64,000 nucleotides of DNA. It comes from Candidatus Nezhaarchaeales archaeon. GTDB taxonomy: Archaea > Thermoproteota > Methanomethylicia > Nezhaarchaeales > WYZ-LMO8. Below, one piece after another: positions 18,227 to 28,673 of the stretch. A program made the position numbers and the translations under genes. How positions within the stretch are numbered: position 1 is the stretch's first letter; each line of letters begins with the position of its first letter. Where the stretch lies: contig JAWAKK010000001.1 in NCBI GenBank assembly GCA_038887515.1, positions 448,001 to 512,000 of the forward strand, in the 5' to 3' direction. Under the pieces are notes generated by a model. It made no database searches. It had not been told where the DNA came from and was given only the letters and a program-made list of their open reading frames with translations.

Positions 18227-19740
18227 TTCAGAGGCTCTAAAGCTTCAGAGGAAGGCTTCTTAGTAAGTAAACTAACAATGAAGAACAGCGGCAACGAAAC
18301 TGCTAAAGCTGGTAAGACGGCGTGTACGCTGGTGGTTTTATATAGGAATAAGTGCCAAGATAAACCGATCACTAGACCTGAAATCATTGACGATATTGCG
18401 CCGATTTTTGTAGCCCCCTTCCAGTAGAGACCTATAGTTACAGGACCTAAGAAGCAGACGAAAAGTGTTCCGAAAGCTGCTGCAACTATGTCGACTATTA
18501 TTTCTTCTTGGACTAACGTCAGCATAAGCGATATCGCGGCGAATACTATTGGAACGACCCTTGCCAAGGCCACCAACTTGTCCTCATGTACCTCAGGCTT
18601 AAACGATTGTATTACATCTCTCGTAAGAGTTGCTGACAACACGATGAGAGTTACTGCTAGGGTTGACATTGACGCCGCTACCGGTGCTGCTAATATTAGG
18701 CCTCGCACGCCTGAGGGTGCGAGGATGTTTATGGTCCTGGGAATAACCCAATCAGAGTCCTTCATCAAGCTTGCGACCTCGCTGACTGACAATTGCTTAT
18801 CGAGGATTAAGTGGCAGAACGCACCTAGCGAGAAAACGGTAATCGCATAAGCTGCCACTAGCACTGGCCCTAAAAGCCTTCCCTTACTTATTACTTTTAC
18901 ATTTTTAGCAGCATAAAATTGCATCAGCAAGCTTGGTAGAGCCACTTGAGCCATGCTTATTGAAAACGTTATTCCCATTATCATTTGCGGGACCATGCCA
19001 GTCTCCATTGCCCGGGGCGGTCCGGCACCATCAAGCTTAAGCCATAAGGATCCGGGCAATTTGTCCATTATCATCATTTGTTGAAGCTTCTTAATGCCTT
19101 CAAATGGACCACCAACGGCTGCCATTATGTAGCCGAAAGCTAAGAAAGCGGCCAAGAGCATCAGAGAACCCAGTAGAAGGTTGTTGAGTATGGCGGCTCG
19201 AAGCCCACCGAGACCGACATATATTAAGACAGGAATTGTTAATAGCATCAAGCCCACTTCAAAGCTCGTGCCCAGGAGCGTAGCAATTATTATCGCGCCC
19301 CCCTTGTAAACGCTGGTCAAGTACAGTGTGAAGAGGAATATCATAACCATTGCCGAGACGGCTTTCGCAGCCCTACTTTCGTACCTGCGTTCTATGAAGT
19401 CTGGTATGCTAATTATGTTAGTTTTCGAGGCATACTTGAACAACCTTTCGGCAACTAGAATCCACATAAGCACTACTCCTATTACGTGCCATGCCGTAAG
19501 CCATGCTCCAAAGCCTAAATTAAAGAGATACGTAGCACCTCCTCCTCCAAGGAAGGAGGCGGCGCTGAAATATGTGGCCATTATGGAGAAGGCTAGAGCA
19601 ACTGCTCCAAGCCCCCTTCCCGCCAGGAAGTAGCCGGTCATCGACTTGCTGACGCTGTAACCCTTGACCCCTATGAGGATTACCACAACCACCATGACTA
19701 TTATCACGGAGATATCAAGGAAGTCTAGTCCCATGCTCAC
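18223..19740 (-). CDS. Sodium:solute symporter
   Basis: YFLAGRGLG, SAASFLG, AASMST, about 13 TM segments. Confidence 0.9.
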   Translation of the reverse strand: MSMGLDFLDISVIIVMVVVVILIGVKGYSVSKSMTGYFLAGRGLGAVALAFSIMATYFSAASFLGGGGATYLFNLGFGAWLTAWHVIGVVLMWILVAERLFKYASKTNIISIPDFIERRYESRAAKAVSAMVMIFLFTLYLTSVYKGGAIIIATLLGTSFEVGLMLLTIPVLIYVGLGGLRAAILNNLLLGSLMLLAAFLAFGYIMAAVGGPFEGIKKLQQMMIMDKLPGSLWLKLDGAGPPRAMETGMVPQMIMGITFSISMAQVALPSLLMQFYAAKNVKVISKGRLLGPVLVAAYAITVFSLGAFCHLILDKQLSVSEVASLMKDSDWVIPRTINILAPSGVRGLILAAPVAASMSTLAVTLIVLSATLTRDVIQSFKPEVHEDKLVALARVVPIVFAAISLMLTLVQEEIIVDIVAAAFGTLFVCFLGPVTIGLYWKGATKIGAISSMISGLVIGLSWHLFLYKTTSVHAVLPALAVSLPLFFIVSLLTKKPSSEALEPLK

Positions 19741-19841
19741 TCGCCCCTAGAGGCTTTGTAGGCTCCATAGATCAATCCAATCAACAGCACGACTATCGCA
19801 GCTATGTAACCGCTTAGTATTAATGGATCCATATCAACCAT
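19737..19841 (-). CDS. Small single-TM symporter accessory peptide (34 aa, below ORF cutoff)
   Basis: MVDMDPLILSGYIAAIVVLLIGLIYGAYKASRGE*; its TGA overlaps the symporter GTG (GTGA). Confidence 0.7.
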   Translation of the reverse strand: MVDMDPLILSGYIAAIVVLLIGLIYGAYKASRGE

Positions 19842-19891
19842 ATGATTCGCCTGCCTACTTATGGACATAAATGAATTTTTTAAGCCTTTTG

Positions 19892-19907
19892 TGTACATAT
19901 ATGTACA
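19892..19907. promoter_or_regulatory. Perfect 16-bp palindrome in divergent promoter
   Basis: TGTACATATATGTACA. Confidence 0.5.
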
Positions 19908-19953
19908 TTGAAGAAAATCATATTAGGTAGGGTAAGAAAATTATTGATGTGCG

Positions 19954-20778
19954 ATGAGGCTTTGCGAATTACCTTGTAAACATCATCAATTTAAAGTTAA
20001 GGCTGAAGACACTCTAGCTACGGCCATTAATGCTATGTCTAAAGGATCTAGCGTCTTTTTAGTGGTTGACAATGATGATAGACTACGCGGTTTAATTACA
20101 ACTTCAAGGGTACTAAGTTTGCTTTCAGCCCTTAAACTAAGCTCTAGGCTTAGCACTTACCCTATAAGCTTATTCGTAAACGAGAGAGCTATAGCAATGC
20201 ACTACGAATATCCAATAGAGGCAGCTCTTCAGTTGATGGTTGAAGAGAGGAAGCATTATATAGCCCTTGTGAAAGGGATTAAGGCCATCGGGCTACTTAG
20301 CTACAGGTGCTTTCTAAGTATGCTTTTTAATTTAAAGTTAGAAATTGACCTAGAAAAACTGGCATCAAAGCACATAGTAACACTCCTAGCCCACAACAGC
20401 CTTGCTGAAGCCTTTAGAGCAATGGCGTCTATTGATTATTATGAAGTCCCAATAGTAGAAGACGAAATAGTAGGAATCTTGAGATTACGCGACATAATAA
20501 GCGAGGTCCTCGACAAGGGGTTGGAGAAACTCAAGGTAATTAACGTCTATGGTAAGTGTAAGCTCTTGGATAGTAAAGCGAGGAGGTTCGATGAGGTATT
20601 AAAGCTTGCACTTAAGGAAGACATAAATCTCGTACCTTTGTTAAGAAGTGATGGAAGCTATGGCTTCATTAAGCTCGAAGACCTATTTACGCATGTTGTA
20701 GCGGAGCTTGGAGCATTTAAGGTGGCTGAACTAATTAGATCGAATAGATGTGCTCCACAAAGTGTTTGTGGGGCGTAA
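19954..20778 (+). CDS. CBS-domain protein (divergent)
   Basis: VVDNDDRLRGLIT, VPIVEDEIVGIL.LRDI repeats. Confidence 0.75.
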   Translation: MRLCELPCKHHQFKVKAEDTLATAINAMSKGSSVFLVVDNDDRLRGLITTSRVLSLLSALKLSSRLSTYPISLFVNERAIAMHYEYPIEAALQLMVEERKHYIALVKGIKAIGLLSYRCFLSMLFNLKLEIDLEKLASKHIVTLLAHNSLAEAFRAMASIDYYEVPIVEDEIVGILRLRDIISEVLDKGLEKLKVINVYGKCKLLDSKARRFDEVLKLALKEDINLVPLLRSDGSYGFIKLEDLFTHVVAELGAFKVAELIRSNRCAPQSVCGA

Positions 20779-20781
20779 AGA

Positions 20782-21354
20782 TTGACTTCGCCCTTTGGAA
20801 ATAGTATAAAGGTTTTACTTCAACCAATAGGCTCAATCGGCGAAACGATGTACGAAGTCTCTTCGAAGCTTAACGAGACTTTTAAGTTGTTCACTTTTGT
20901 GGTCTCTTGTAAGCGTATGGAAGTACCTTTTCATGCCTTCAACGAAGATAGGGGGCAATACAACTCTTCAGTTATCTTAGATGAGCTATCAAGACTATAC
21001 AATAGGGGTTTCTTCGAGGGTTACCAACGGATCATAGGGTTAGTAGATGTAGATGCCTATGTTCTAGGTCTAAACTTCGTCTTCGGCGAAGCATTACTTG
21101 GAGGGCCCGTAGCAGTCGTATACCTGGCTAGGCTTAAGCCCGAGTTTTATGGTAAATCATCAAATCAAGAACTCCTCATAGAGAGGACTTGTAAGGAAGT
21201 AGTTCATGAGCTAGGACATACGTTCGGGCTAAGACACTGCTCTAACCCTAGGTGCGTCATGTATTTCAGCAATACAATTTTCGACACCGATCACAAAGAT
21301 CTATCGTTTTGCCTAAGATGCCAATCGCTTTTGATCGGCAATCTTATGATTTAA
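20782..21354 (+). CDS. amzA: Archaemetzincin Zn metalloprotease
   Basis: HELGHTFGLRHCSNPRCVMYFS...FCLRC. Confidence 0.9.
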   Translation: MTSPFGNSIKVLLQPIGSIGETMYEVSSKLNETFKLFTFVVSCKRMEVPFHAFNEDRGQYNSSVILDELSRLYNRGFFEGYQRIIGLVDVDAYVLGLNFVFGEALLGGPVAVVYLARLKPEFYGKSSNQELLIERTCKEVVHELGHTFGLRHCSNPRCVMYFSNTIFDTDHKDLSFCLRCQSLLIGNLMI

Positions 21355-21396
21355 AGTAGGCTTAATACCTTCAATTCTAGCTTTAGTATAATTGAA

Positions 21397-22077
21397 GTGA
21401 TGACCTTGTACATACCGTCTAAAGCTCGCTTGGAAGTTATTGCAGATTCGAGAGAAGCCTCTACAGCTAAGCACATAATCGACGAGATAAAAAAGCTTGG
21501 AGCGCTGGTTCGTGTAGAGTTTCTCGATGCCGGCGATTATATAGTTTCGAGCGATATCGCTATCGAACGTAAGACAATAAGCGACTTTATATCGACTTTA
21601 ACTAAAAGGGACATATTTGAGCAATTAAACAAGGTTAAAAGTTACTTTAGTAAGCCGATTTTAGTACTTGAAGGCGATATAGGGTCTGTGCCCATGATAA
21701 GTTCGATAAACATGAATGCCGTACTCGGGGCTCTGGCATCGATAGCTAGAATGGGAATTTCAATTATACCTTCGCCATCACCTTCAACTACTGCCAAGCT
21801 AATAGTTTACTTAGCCAAACAAGAGAGAAAAGGCGTTCGACAGGCCAAAGTTAGAACTAAACAGGTAAGTAAGGACGATATATATGAGGAACAAATATTC
21901 TTCTTGTGTGGGCTCCCGATGATAGGGAGGGAAAGAGCCAAAGCCATATTAAGGGTATACAGAACGCCCATCGAAGCGCTTAAGAGGGTCGACGGTTGGG
22001 CAAAAATGGTTGAAGGCATCGGAGAAGCCACGGTAAAGAGGGTTAAAGAGATCTTGGAGACCCCCTTTAGAACTTAG
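21397..22077 (+). CDS. xpf: Short XPF/ERCC4 structure-specific endonuclease
   Basis: DSRE, GDYIV, IERKT..DF, C-terminal HhH pair. Confidence 0.88.
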   Translation: MMTLYIPSKARLEVIADSREASTAKHIIDEIKKLGALVRVEFLDAGDYIVSSDIAIERKTISDFISTLTKRDIFEQLNKVKSYFSKPILVLEGDIGSVPMISSINMNAVLGALASIARMGISIIPSPSPSTTAKLIVYLAKQERKGVRQAKVRTKQVSKDDIYEEQIFFLCGLPMIGRERAKAILRVYRTPIEALKRVDGWAKMVEGIGEATVKRVKEILETPFRT

Positions 22078-22240
22078 ACGTCCCAAAGCTCACGAGACCA
22101 TCTTTATTGAATAATTTAAGAGTAGCCTGAGTCGTCCATCATCATATAGCGGCTTTAGTGGCCTGCGATCTACGAATTCATCAGAAAGGAAGTTTATGTC
22201 AATTCACTTAAATAACTAAAATGTTGGAGTTTTAAACCAA

Positions 22241-22777
22241 TTAGGTCCTCGACTTCTTAGTAGTCAGTAGAGCGCCGACTATTACATCGCACTTGAAGTA
22301 GCCGAGCCTTTTGGCCGCTACGCCTACCTTAAGTGACGCTTTAGCCTTTATACCCAGAGATATGCAAAGCTTCGTAATGTAGTCTACTGTAGCTCCTAAA
22401 TCCAAGGCTCTGATAATGCATGTTGGTCCTGGAAACAATAGCCCTTCCCTTCTATTCTTAAGCATATCTTCGCATGTTGGGAAGCCACATGCACCGCAAT
22501 TCATCTTTGCAATTTCCCCTCCATCTTTCAGCCCCACTAGCATAACTACGTCTGCAAGCCTTACATCTTCAATCTCTGCTTTATATGAAGGATCTCTAAG
22601 CTCTTCCGCTAACTGGTTCATGTACTTTGCAAGCTCCTCCTTCTGCTCTCCATCTACAAGCTTAGTTTCGATGGATTTTGCACTCAAAGCACTTTTAGCG
22701 ACGATTGTTATGAGGTTTATGATTGTTACTAGCTCACTATGCTTGTACGTTGGAGTTTCAACATCCATAAGAATCAC
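22241..22777 (-). CDS. DUF2148-like Fe-S protein (divergent)
   Basis: NCGACGFPTC...GPTC...LDLG. Confidence 0.65.
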   Translation of the reverse strand: MILMDVETPTYKHSELVTIINLITIVAKSALSAKSIETKLVDGEQKEELAKYMNQLAEELRDPSYKAEIEDVRLADVVMLVGLKDGGEIAKMNCGACGFPTCEDMLKNRREGLLFPGPTCIIRALDLGATVDYITKLCISLGIKAKASLKVGVAAKRLGYFKCDVIVGALLTTKKSRT

Positions 22778-22873
22778 TTATGGACTTCTTAAGAGATAAG
22801 ATATCTCTAGAGGGTGACCTTAAAGTTCTTAGAAAAATAAGATGCTGCAAGCTACTCTTCTCACTTCAAGAGA

Positions 22874-23914
22874 TTAAGGAATTAAGATCTGTCTCCCTAC
22901 AACCTTTGATTGCTCTATATTGTCGAGAGCTTCGTTTGCTTCCTCCAATTTCATGACCTTCGAAATTACGGGCTTCAATTTACCCTTTTCGGCAAGTGCA
23001 ACCGTCCCGATAAAGTCCGCTTGTGAGCCTACGTGTACACCAGTGAACTCTGTCTCCTTAAAGACTAGCAATGCACTAGGATGCTTAAGTTCAGCTCCAT
23101 AGAAACCTACTATAATGTACTTACCCCTTTTTGAAAGGGCAAACGGATATACTGATAAGGTCTTTTCAGAGCCTACGAAGTCTATGATGGCATCGGCCCC
23201 CCTACCTTCAGTTAGGAAGTTTATCTCTTCGACTACATCGCTAGCCCTACCGTCAATTACGTAGTCTGCCCCAACCTTTTTAGCTACGTCTAAGGCCTCT
23301 TCTCTTACGTCGACACCTACAACAGTAGCCCCCGAAGTCGACTTGGCTATCTGAATAGCCATTACCCCTAGGCCGCCAACCCCGACGACGAGGAGCGTCT
23401 TTGAGGGATCTGTTAGCTCGGCCTTCTTTACTGCCCTATACGCTGTTACACCGGAACAAGCAAGGGGTGCTGCTTCTATTGGCGATAGCTTCTTTATCTT
23501 CGTTAGAAACCTGTAGTGAGGTACCTTGACGAATTCGGCGAAACCTCCATCCATATGTATTCCGAGAAACTTCAGGTTATCACATAGGTTCTCTTCACCG
23601 GTCTTACAGTAGTAGCAAGCACCACAACCCTGCCATGGGTTTACCACTACCATGTCCCCCTTGCTTATCCCTCGAACTTCTTCTCCAATTTCCTCGACCA
23701 CGCCAGCAACTTCATGACCTAAAGTTAAGGGGGGCTTTATCCCAAGCTTACCCACATTAATTCCACCTACATAGCCACTTCTAATGTGAACATCGCTGTG
23801 ACATACTCCTGCAGCGCGTACTCTCACTAGAACTTCATAGCCCTTAACTTTAGGTATCTCTAACTCTGAAAGAACAAGATTTTTCCCCGTCTCCACTAAC
23901 CTCATGGCCTTCAT
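22874..23914 (-). CDS. adh: Zn-dependent NAD(P) alcohol dehydrogenase
   Basis: GVCHSD, GHE, CGACYYC..C structural Zn site, Rossmann GVGGLG. Confidence 0.9.
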   Translation of the reverse strand: MKAMRLVETGKNLVLSELEIPKVKGYEVLVRVRAAGVCHSDVHIRSGYVGGINVGKLGIKPPLTLGHEVAGVVEEIGEEVRGISKGDMVVVNPWQGCGACYYCKTGEENLCDNLKFLGIHMDGGFAEFVKVPHYRFLTKIKKLSPIEAAPLACSGVTAYRAVKKAELTDPSKTLLVVGVGGLGVMAIQIAKSTSGATVVGVDVREEALDVAKKVGADYVIDGRASDVVEEINFLTEGRGADAIIDFVGSEKTLSVYPFALSKRGKYIIVGFYGAELKHPSALLVFKETEFTGVHVGSQADFIGTVALAEKGKLKPVISKVMKLEEANEALDNIEQSKVVGRQILIP

Positions 23915-24154
23915 GAAATCCCCACCTTCAAAAAGGAAGGTTAACTCCTTGATCTACTTATAAAACTTGCTTACCTTAAGAATGCCACTACAACTTCAAA
24001 GCTTAAACCCTTCTAAATCAATAGAAAGGTGTCGTTCGCGGATCGGGGCATGATATGGTTTGATATCGCTGTAGCGCGAGTTCTAACTTCTTCAGCTTTT
24101 AATAGAGTATAGTTTTATGAGTATCTAATAGCCCTACTAAGGGGTTTTGAGGTT

Positions 24155-24970
24155 ATGGCTTCTAATACGCAAGAGTTATTTCTCGTACTTAGGCCTTCGA
24201 AATTCGGATACTCGAATTCGATGGCAGCCTTGATCTTGTACTCCACCGTGATAAGCTACGATATTAAATATGTGTTAGCAGACCTTCCTCAAGGGTTTGA
24301 GGCCATCCTAAAGCGTTATGAAGAGGCGAGGGAAGCATTAAGTGCAGCTGTTAGGTACGGCCTGTTATTCTATTCGGAGAGCATAATGAGAGCCTGCGAA
24401 CCCATGATATCATGCCTTTCTAAACTTATTAAAAGAGGTGTGAAAGTTGTATGTTACTTGAACTTGGCAGACCTTGAAAGAGAAAGAGAACTAGCCGTAG
24501 AAGTTTCGAGGTTGGTTCTCAGGGCTTCAGTTAAGAAGCTCGATGACTATGAAATTAGAGAGTGGCTTCGAATATTAAGCGAATACAGCACTGAATGTAA
24601 GAAGACAGCTGACAGCCTGTTAGAAATATTGAGCGTAACTGATGCTTCTAGAATGGCCGTCCTAACAGGCTTAGAGGGCTTTCAGTTAGTCGAGATTCTC
24701 AAGAAACGAGGGCTTGAGGTCAAGGTAAGGGCCGCTGGCCTCCCGTACGTTCGAAGTCCTCTAGAAGTTATGGTATTGAAATATGAGAGGGGAGAACTGA
24801 GCGTCGACGAACTTAAATGTCTAGTTAATGATTACGTCGATTACATTAAGAACTATGTAGTCAGGTATGAGACACTTGAAGAAGCTCATATAGCTTGGAG
24901 CTGTAAGAAGGCTCCTTGGCTTAAAAGTCTTTTTCAGCATGAAATTGTTGGCAATAATATTTGTAGCTAG
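24155..24970 (+). CDS. Hypothetical protein
   Basis: 271-aa ORF with SD-like GAGGT before ATG; no family recognised. Confidence 0.6.
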   Translation: MASNTQELFLVLRPSKFGYSNSMAALILYSTVISYDIKYVLADLPQGFEAILKRYEEAREALSAAVRYGLLFYSESIMRACEPMISCLSKLIKRGVKVVCYLNLADLERERELAVEVSRLVLRASVKKLDDYEIREWLRILSEYSTECKKTADSLLEILSVTDASRMAVLTGLEGFQLVEILKKRGLEVKVRAAGLPYVRSPLEVMVLKYERGELSVDELKCLVNDYVDYIKNYVVRYETLEEAHIAWSCKKAPWLKSLFQHEIVGNNICS

Positions 24971-25310
24971 GATGCAGGCTCTACGTAGGAGTAAAAATCG
25001 TAGTCCAGCTTCGATAGGACCTCGGCTGAGTCAATCCTCCTAGGTAACAAGGCTACTCCTACTATCTCTACGATTCTTTTTAAATGAAGCTTTTTGGTTA
25101 TTGCGTATGCTACAAGCTTGAAGTATGAGCTCTATGTATCATTACCACGATTATCTGGAAAGCAGAAGACGTAGCTCTAAAGTCTCTCAACAGCTCTTCT
25201 GATGAATGGATTAGCTGAGACATGCTTGTCATTCATTTTTTCCTAAGAGTGGAGTTAACGTATCTAATTAGAGGCTCATGAAACAGTTTTGGAACAACTA
25301 GAAGACTGAG

Positions 25311-25748
25311 TTATGTTTGCGAATTCGACTTCACTCCTATAACCTCATCCACAGCCTTATTAGCCAGCTCATCGGCTCTCCTATTAAGCTCTCGGTCTAT
25401 GTGATGGTAGTATACCTTCGAGAATAGCTTCTCTTTCTGCTTAATTTCTCTAAAAAGCTTCTTCAAGTTTTGGCTTCTAACCTTATAGAGCCCGGTTATC
25501 TGCTTAATTAAGAGCTCCGAATCACTAAATATGTGGAGGATCCCCTTTAGGGATAGGGAGTGACATATTTCCAGAGCCCTCATCAGGGCCATGTACTCTG
25601 CTTGGTTGTTCGTAAAGTTCAATCCTAGGAACTCGTAGTGCTCTAAGAGGACCTTGCCGGCCTGATCTGTTACCACTATGCCTATCCCAGCTGGTCCTGG
25701 ATTTCCTCGCGACGATCCATCCACGTAGACCTTGCATACTAAAGACAT
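25311..25748 (-). CDS. rnhA: Ribonuclease HI
   Basis: DGSSRGNPG, TNNQAEY, DSEL, N.RADELAN. Confidence 0.92.
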   Translation of the reverse strand: MSLVCKVYVDGSSRGNPGPAGIGIVVTDQAGKVLLEHYEFLGLNFTNNQAEYMALMRALEICHSLSLKGILHIFSDSELLIKQITGLYKVRSQNLKKLFREIKQKEKLFSKVYYHHIDRELNRRADELANKAVDEVIGVKSNSQT

Positions 25749-25751
25749 TTA

Positions 25752-26204
25752 CTAGCTCCTCAACTTAAACTTCCTGATCCTTATATTTGCATCTCTTAAA
25801 ATCTTAGCTGACTCCTCATCCTCATAGTCAGAGTCGTATACTATCTCCTCTATCTCAGCATTAACTAACATCTTAGCACATATTATGCATGGGAAGGTTG
25901 TAGTATAGAGAGTGGCCCCCTTCGTACTAACCCCAAAAACAGCTGCTTGAATTATCGCATTCTGCTCGGCATGCACCCCTCTACAGAGCTCATGCCTTTG
26001 ACCTGATGGAACCCTCAACTCCTCCCTCAAGCAATTCTTACAGTGTGGTAGTCCCTTAGGAGCTCCATTGTATCCCGTAGCTAGAATCCTCTTGTCCTTG
26101 ACTAGTAGAGCTCCAACCTTCCGCCTAAGACACGTGGATCTTGAGGACATGACGTGGGCTAGTCTCATGAAGTACTCGTCCCAACTAGGTCTCTCCTCAA
26201 CCAC
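25752..26204 (-). CDS. dCMP deaminase (ComEB-like)
   Basis: [24 protein letters not shown]. Confidence 0.9.
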   Translation of the reverse strand: MVEERPSWDEYFMRLAHVMSSRSTCLRRKVGALLVKDKRILATGYNGAPKGLPHCKNCLREELRVPSGQRHELCRGVHAEQNAIIQAAVFGVSTKGATLYTTTFPCIICAKMLVNAEIEEIVYDSDYEDEESAKILRDANIRIRKFKLRS

Positions 26205-26281
26205 TTCAACCTCAACCTAGATTAAGGACTAGGAAACCAACTTTAAGCCTTGCTCAGCGAATCTTGAATTTAAAGGGGTCT

Positions 26282-27661
26282 CTACCACCTCTGCTTGAAG
26301 TGGGGTATCTCTCCTCCTCGAGCAATGAAGTCTTTGGGGGTAAATCTCCCGACATCTAGAACGACAGTCTTCCCAAGTAGGCCCCCAAAGTCCACCTCGT
26401 CTCCAGGCTTTGCACCTGGTACTGGAATGAGCCTTACTCCCAAGCACTTTCCATTGATGACGCCTATCGAAAGCACGTCTGATATCAGTCCAGCGATGAC
26501 CTCAACTGGAGTATCCCCCGGTATGCAGACCATATCTAAGCCTGTTGAACATATTGAGCATGAAGCTATCAGGGTCCATATGGATGCTGAGCCTCTCTTG
26601 AAGGCTTCGGTTAAGCCTAAATCCTCGCTTCCAGGAAGCATGACTCCACTGAAGCCTCCAACATTTGTAGCTGCCATTGAGCCAGCTCTCTTTAGAGCTT
26701 CTGTGAGGAGAGCTAGTGATGTTAACGTTCCTGGAGCTCCAAAGCTCTCAATGCCCATAGCCTCAACTATGTCGGCAACCGAGTCTCCGATCTTCGGGCT
26801 GGGTGCTAATGATAGGTCTACTGTGCACAGCCTTATCCCCATTCTCCTCGCTATCTCCCTTCCGATGAATTCGCCAGCTCTCGTTATCTTGAAGACGGCT
26901 CTCTTAATCTCCTCAAGCAGCTCGGTTAAGCTCTTACCTTGACACCTAGATTTGATAGCGTGCTCAAGGACTCCTGGTCCGCTTATCGCTATGTGTAATG
27001 CGACTTCGGGCATGTTATGACCATGGTGGGCTGCTGGTAAGAAGGGGGCGTCCTCAGGCATGTTAGCAAAGACACCTAGCCTAGTACAACCGATGCCTTT
27101 AGGTGTTCTACTACTAAGCTCCTTGATTTGCTTTGAGACGTCGAGGATTGAATTAATGTTAATTCCTATCCCTGATTGAGCTGCGTTTACTGATGAGAAT
27201 AGTCTCTCAGTTGAACTTATGACTTCAGCTATGGATGAGATTACAACCATGTCGCCCGGCGTTGCCCCCCTAGCTACGTAAGCTGAAAGCCCGCCGACGT
27301 AATTAATCCCGCACTCACGAGCTATGTCATCTATCAGTGAGGAGATCTCAAGGAGCACCTTCATACCGTACTCTAAGCTAATGGAGGAGTAAGGTTCGAT
27401 GAGGATGCTTAGAGGAGTTATTGATAGTCTCTTGTTAACTATTGGGACTTGATAGCGCTCAGCAACCTCATCAACTATGCTCGCGAAGCTCGGTAATATC
27501 CTCTTAAGCTTCTTCTCTATCTTACTCATCATATTTGAGGGGTTTGAGTCTACGCAGTCCATTAAGCTTAAGCTTAGAGTAGTAGCTCTGATGTCGAACT
27601 TCAAGTACCTTATCATCTCTATGGTTTCAAGTATCTCCGATGGATGGACTACGATCGGCAT
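26282..27661 (-). CDS. UPF0210/DUF711 (PFL-like) protein
   Basis: EILETIEM..DIR, IVNKR.SITP, SGPGV, FKITRAG, VDLSLAP, GLDM..IPGD. Confidence 0.88.
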   Translation of the reverse strand: MPIVVHPSEILETIEMIRYLKFDIRATTLSLSLMDCVDSNPSNMMSKIEKKLKRILPSFASIVDEVAERYQVPIVNKRLSITPLSILIEPYSSISLEYGMKVLLEISSLIDDIARECGINYVGGLSAYVARGATPGDMVVISSIAEVISSTERLFSSVNAAQSGIGININSILDVSKQIKELSSRTPKGIGCTRLGVFANMPEDAPFLPAAHHGHNMPEVALHIAISGPGVLEHAIKSRCQGKSLTELLEEIKRAVFKITRAGEFIGREIARRMGIRLCTVDLSLAPSPKIGDSVADIVEAMGIESFGAPGTLTSLALLTEALKRAGSMAATNVGGFSGVMLPGSEDLGLTEAFKRGSASIWTLIASCSICSTGLDMVCIPGDTPVEVIAGLISDVLSIGVINGKCLGVRLIPVPGAKPGDEVDFGGLLGKTVVLDVGRFTPKDFIARGGEIPHFKQRW

Positions 27662-27968
27662 GCATCCGTCACCACTCGATACACCAAGCCTTTGAATTTA
27701 AGCTTAAATAAAAAGGTCTTGCTCGGAGTGTGCAAGCGCTCCCTCTCGTGGAGACAATTTCGTTAGCACTTCAGAGATCTAGGAAAGAGATGACCAAAAT
27801 CCATCATACTCATGGTAATGGAACTACAGCTACTTCGGTTTAAGAAAGGAGATCGCTAAACCTTATGCTGCGATGCACCTCAAACCAGTATTGAGCAGAG
27901 AGCGATAGCGTGTTAGAACCTCTTGGCCTTGACGTTGACTTCGTAAAATTGCTTGTGCCACTCATTAT

Positions 27969-28673
27969 TTATGAAGATTGCTTTACTTGTCTTTTAAAGG
28001 TGGCTCCGTTGCTTTGAAGAAGCACAAACTCTACTATCTCCAAGACTCCATCTCCGTTGTCTCGATAAGCTATGTAGTCAGCCTTTTCCTTCAAGGATTG
28101 CTCAGCATTAGCTACAGCAGCTTTGAAGTCAGCTATCGCGAAAAGCTCTAAATCTATTTCCGAGTCTCCAATGACTATGGTGTAGCCATCAACGTTTAAA
28201 AGCTTAAACGCTTCCTTTACCCCAAGCGCCTTACTTACTCCTTCGGGGAGGACAATTACGTATCCCTTGTTGTTTCTTAAGACCGTTTTCACCTCTAGCT
28301 TCGAGATTTCGGGTTTAACTAAATCCATGTACTCAAGCTTGAAAGCTATGGTGTTTTCCTTCTCTTCGATGAATGGAAGGTGCGCTAACTTCTTCACACT
28401 TGCTACCCATCGTTCATCAGCGAAGCAGTAGTACACTCCGCTGCTTGGTATATAAACCGAGAGGCCTGCTTCAGTAACCCATGCATCGAAGATTCCTTTG
28501 AGGTCGGTTCTCTTCGATAAGTACCTTCTATCCCTACCAGTGGCGAGCACCAACGTCCAACCTTGGTTTCTTAAGCGCAACAACGACTCTTTGATGTACG
28601 GCTTTAGGGGGTCGTCGCCACCCCTTGTAAGGGTTTCGTCTAGATCCACGACTAAGATCTTACTCGACCTCAA
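27969..28673 (-). CDS. HAD-IIB phosphatase (phosphoglycolate/Cof type)
   Basis: DLDETLT, LATGR, K, GDSEID motifs. Confidence 0.85.
   Translation of the reverse strand: MRSSKILVVDLDETLTRGGDDPLKPYIKESLLRLRNQGWTLVLATGRDRRYLSKRTDLKGIFDAWVTEAGLSVYIPSSGVYYCFADERWVASVKKLAHLPFIEEKENTIAFKLEYMDLVKPEISKLEVKTVLRNNKGYVIVLPEGVSKALGVKEAFKLLNVDGYTIVIGDSEIDLELFAIADFKAAVANAEQSLKEKADYIAYRDNGDGVLEIVEFVLLQSNGATFKRQVKQSS

Noticed and set aside
24968-25130. Minus-strand open stretch (KLVAYAITKKLHLKRIVEIV...)
   Set aside because: No clear start or motif; may be a gene remnant but unsupported.
25199-25218. CTGATGA...CTGA motif
   Set aside because: Only a 9-nt spacer and no second box pair; insufficient for a C/D sRNA.
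26295-26942. 215-aa plus-strand ORF and many similar Ser/Thr/Pro-rich overlapping ORFs
   Set aside because: Antisense shadows of well-supported genes.
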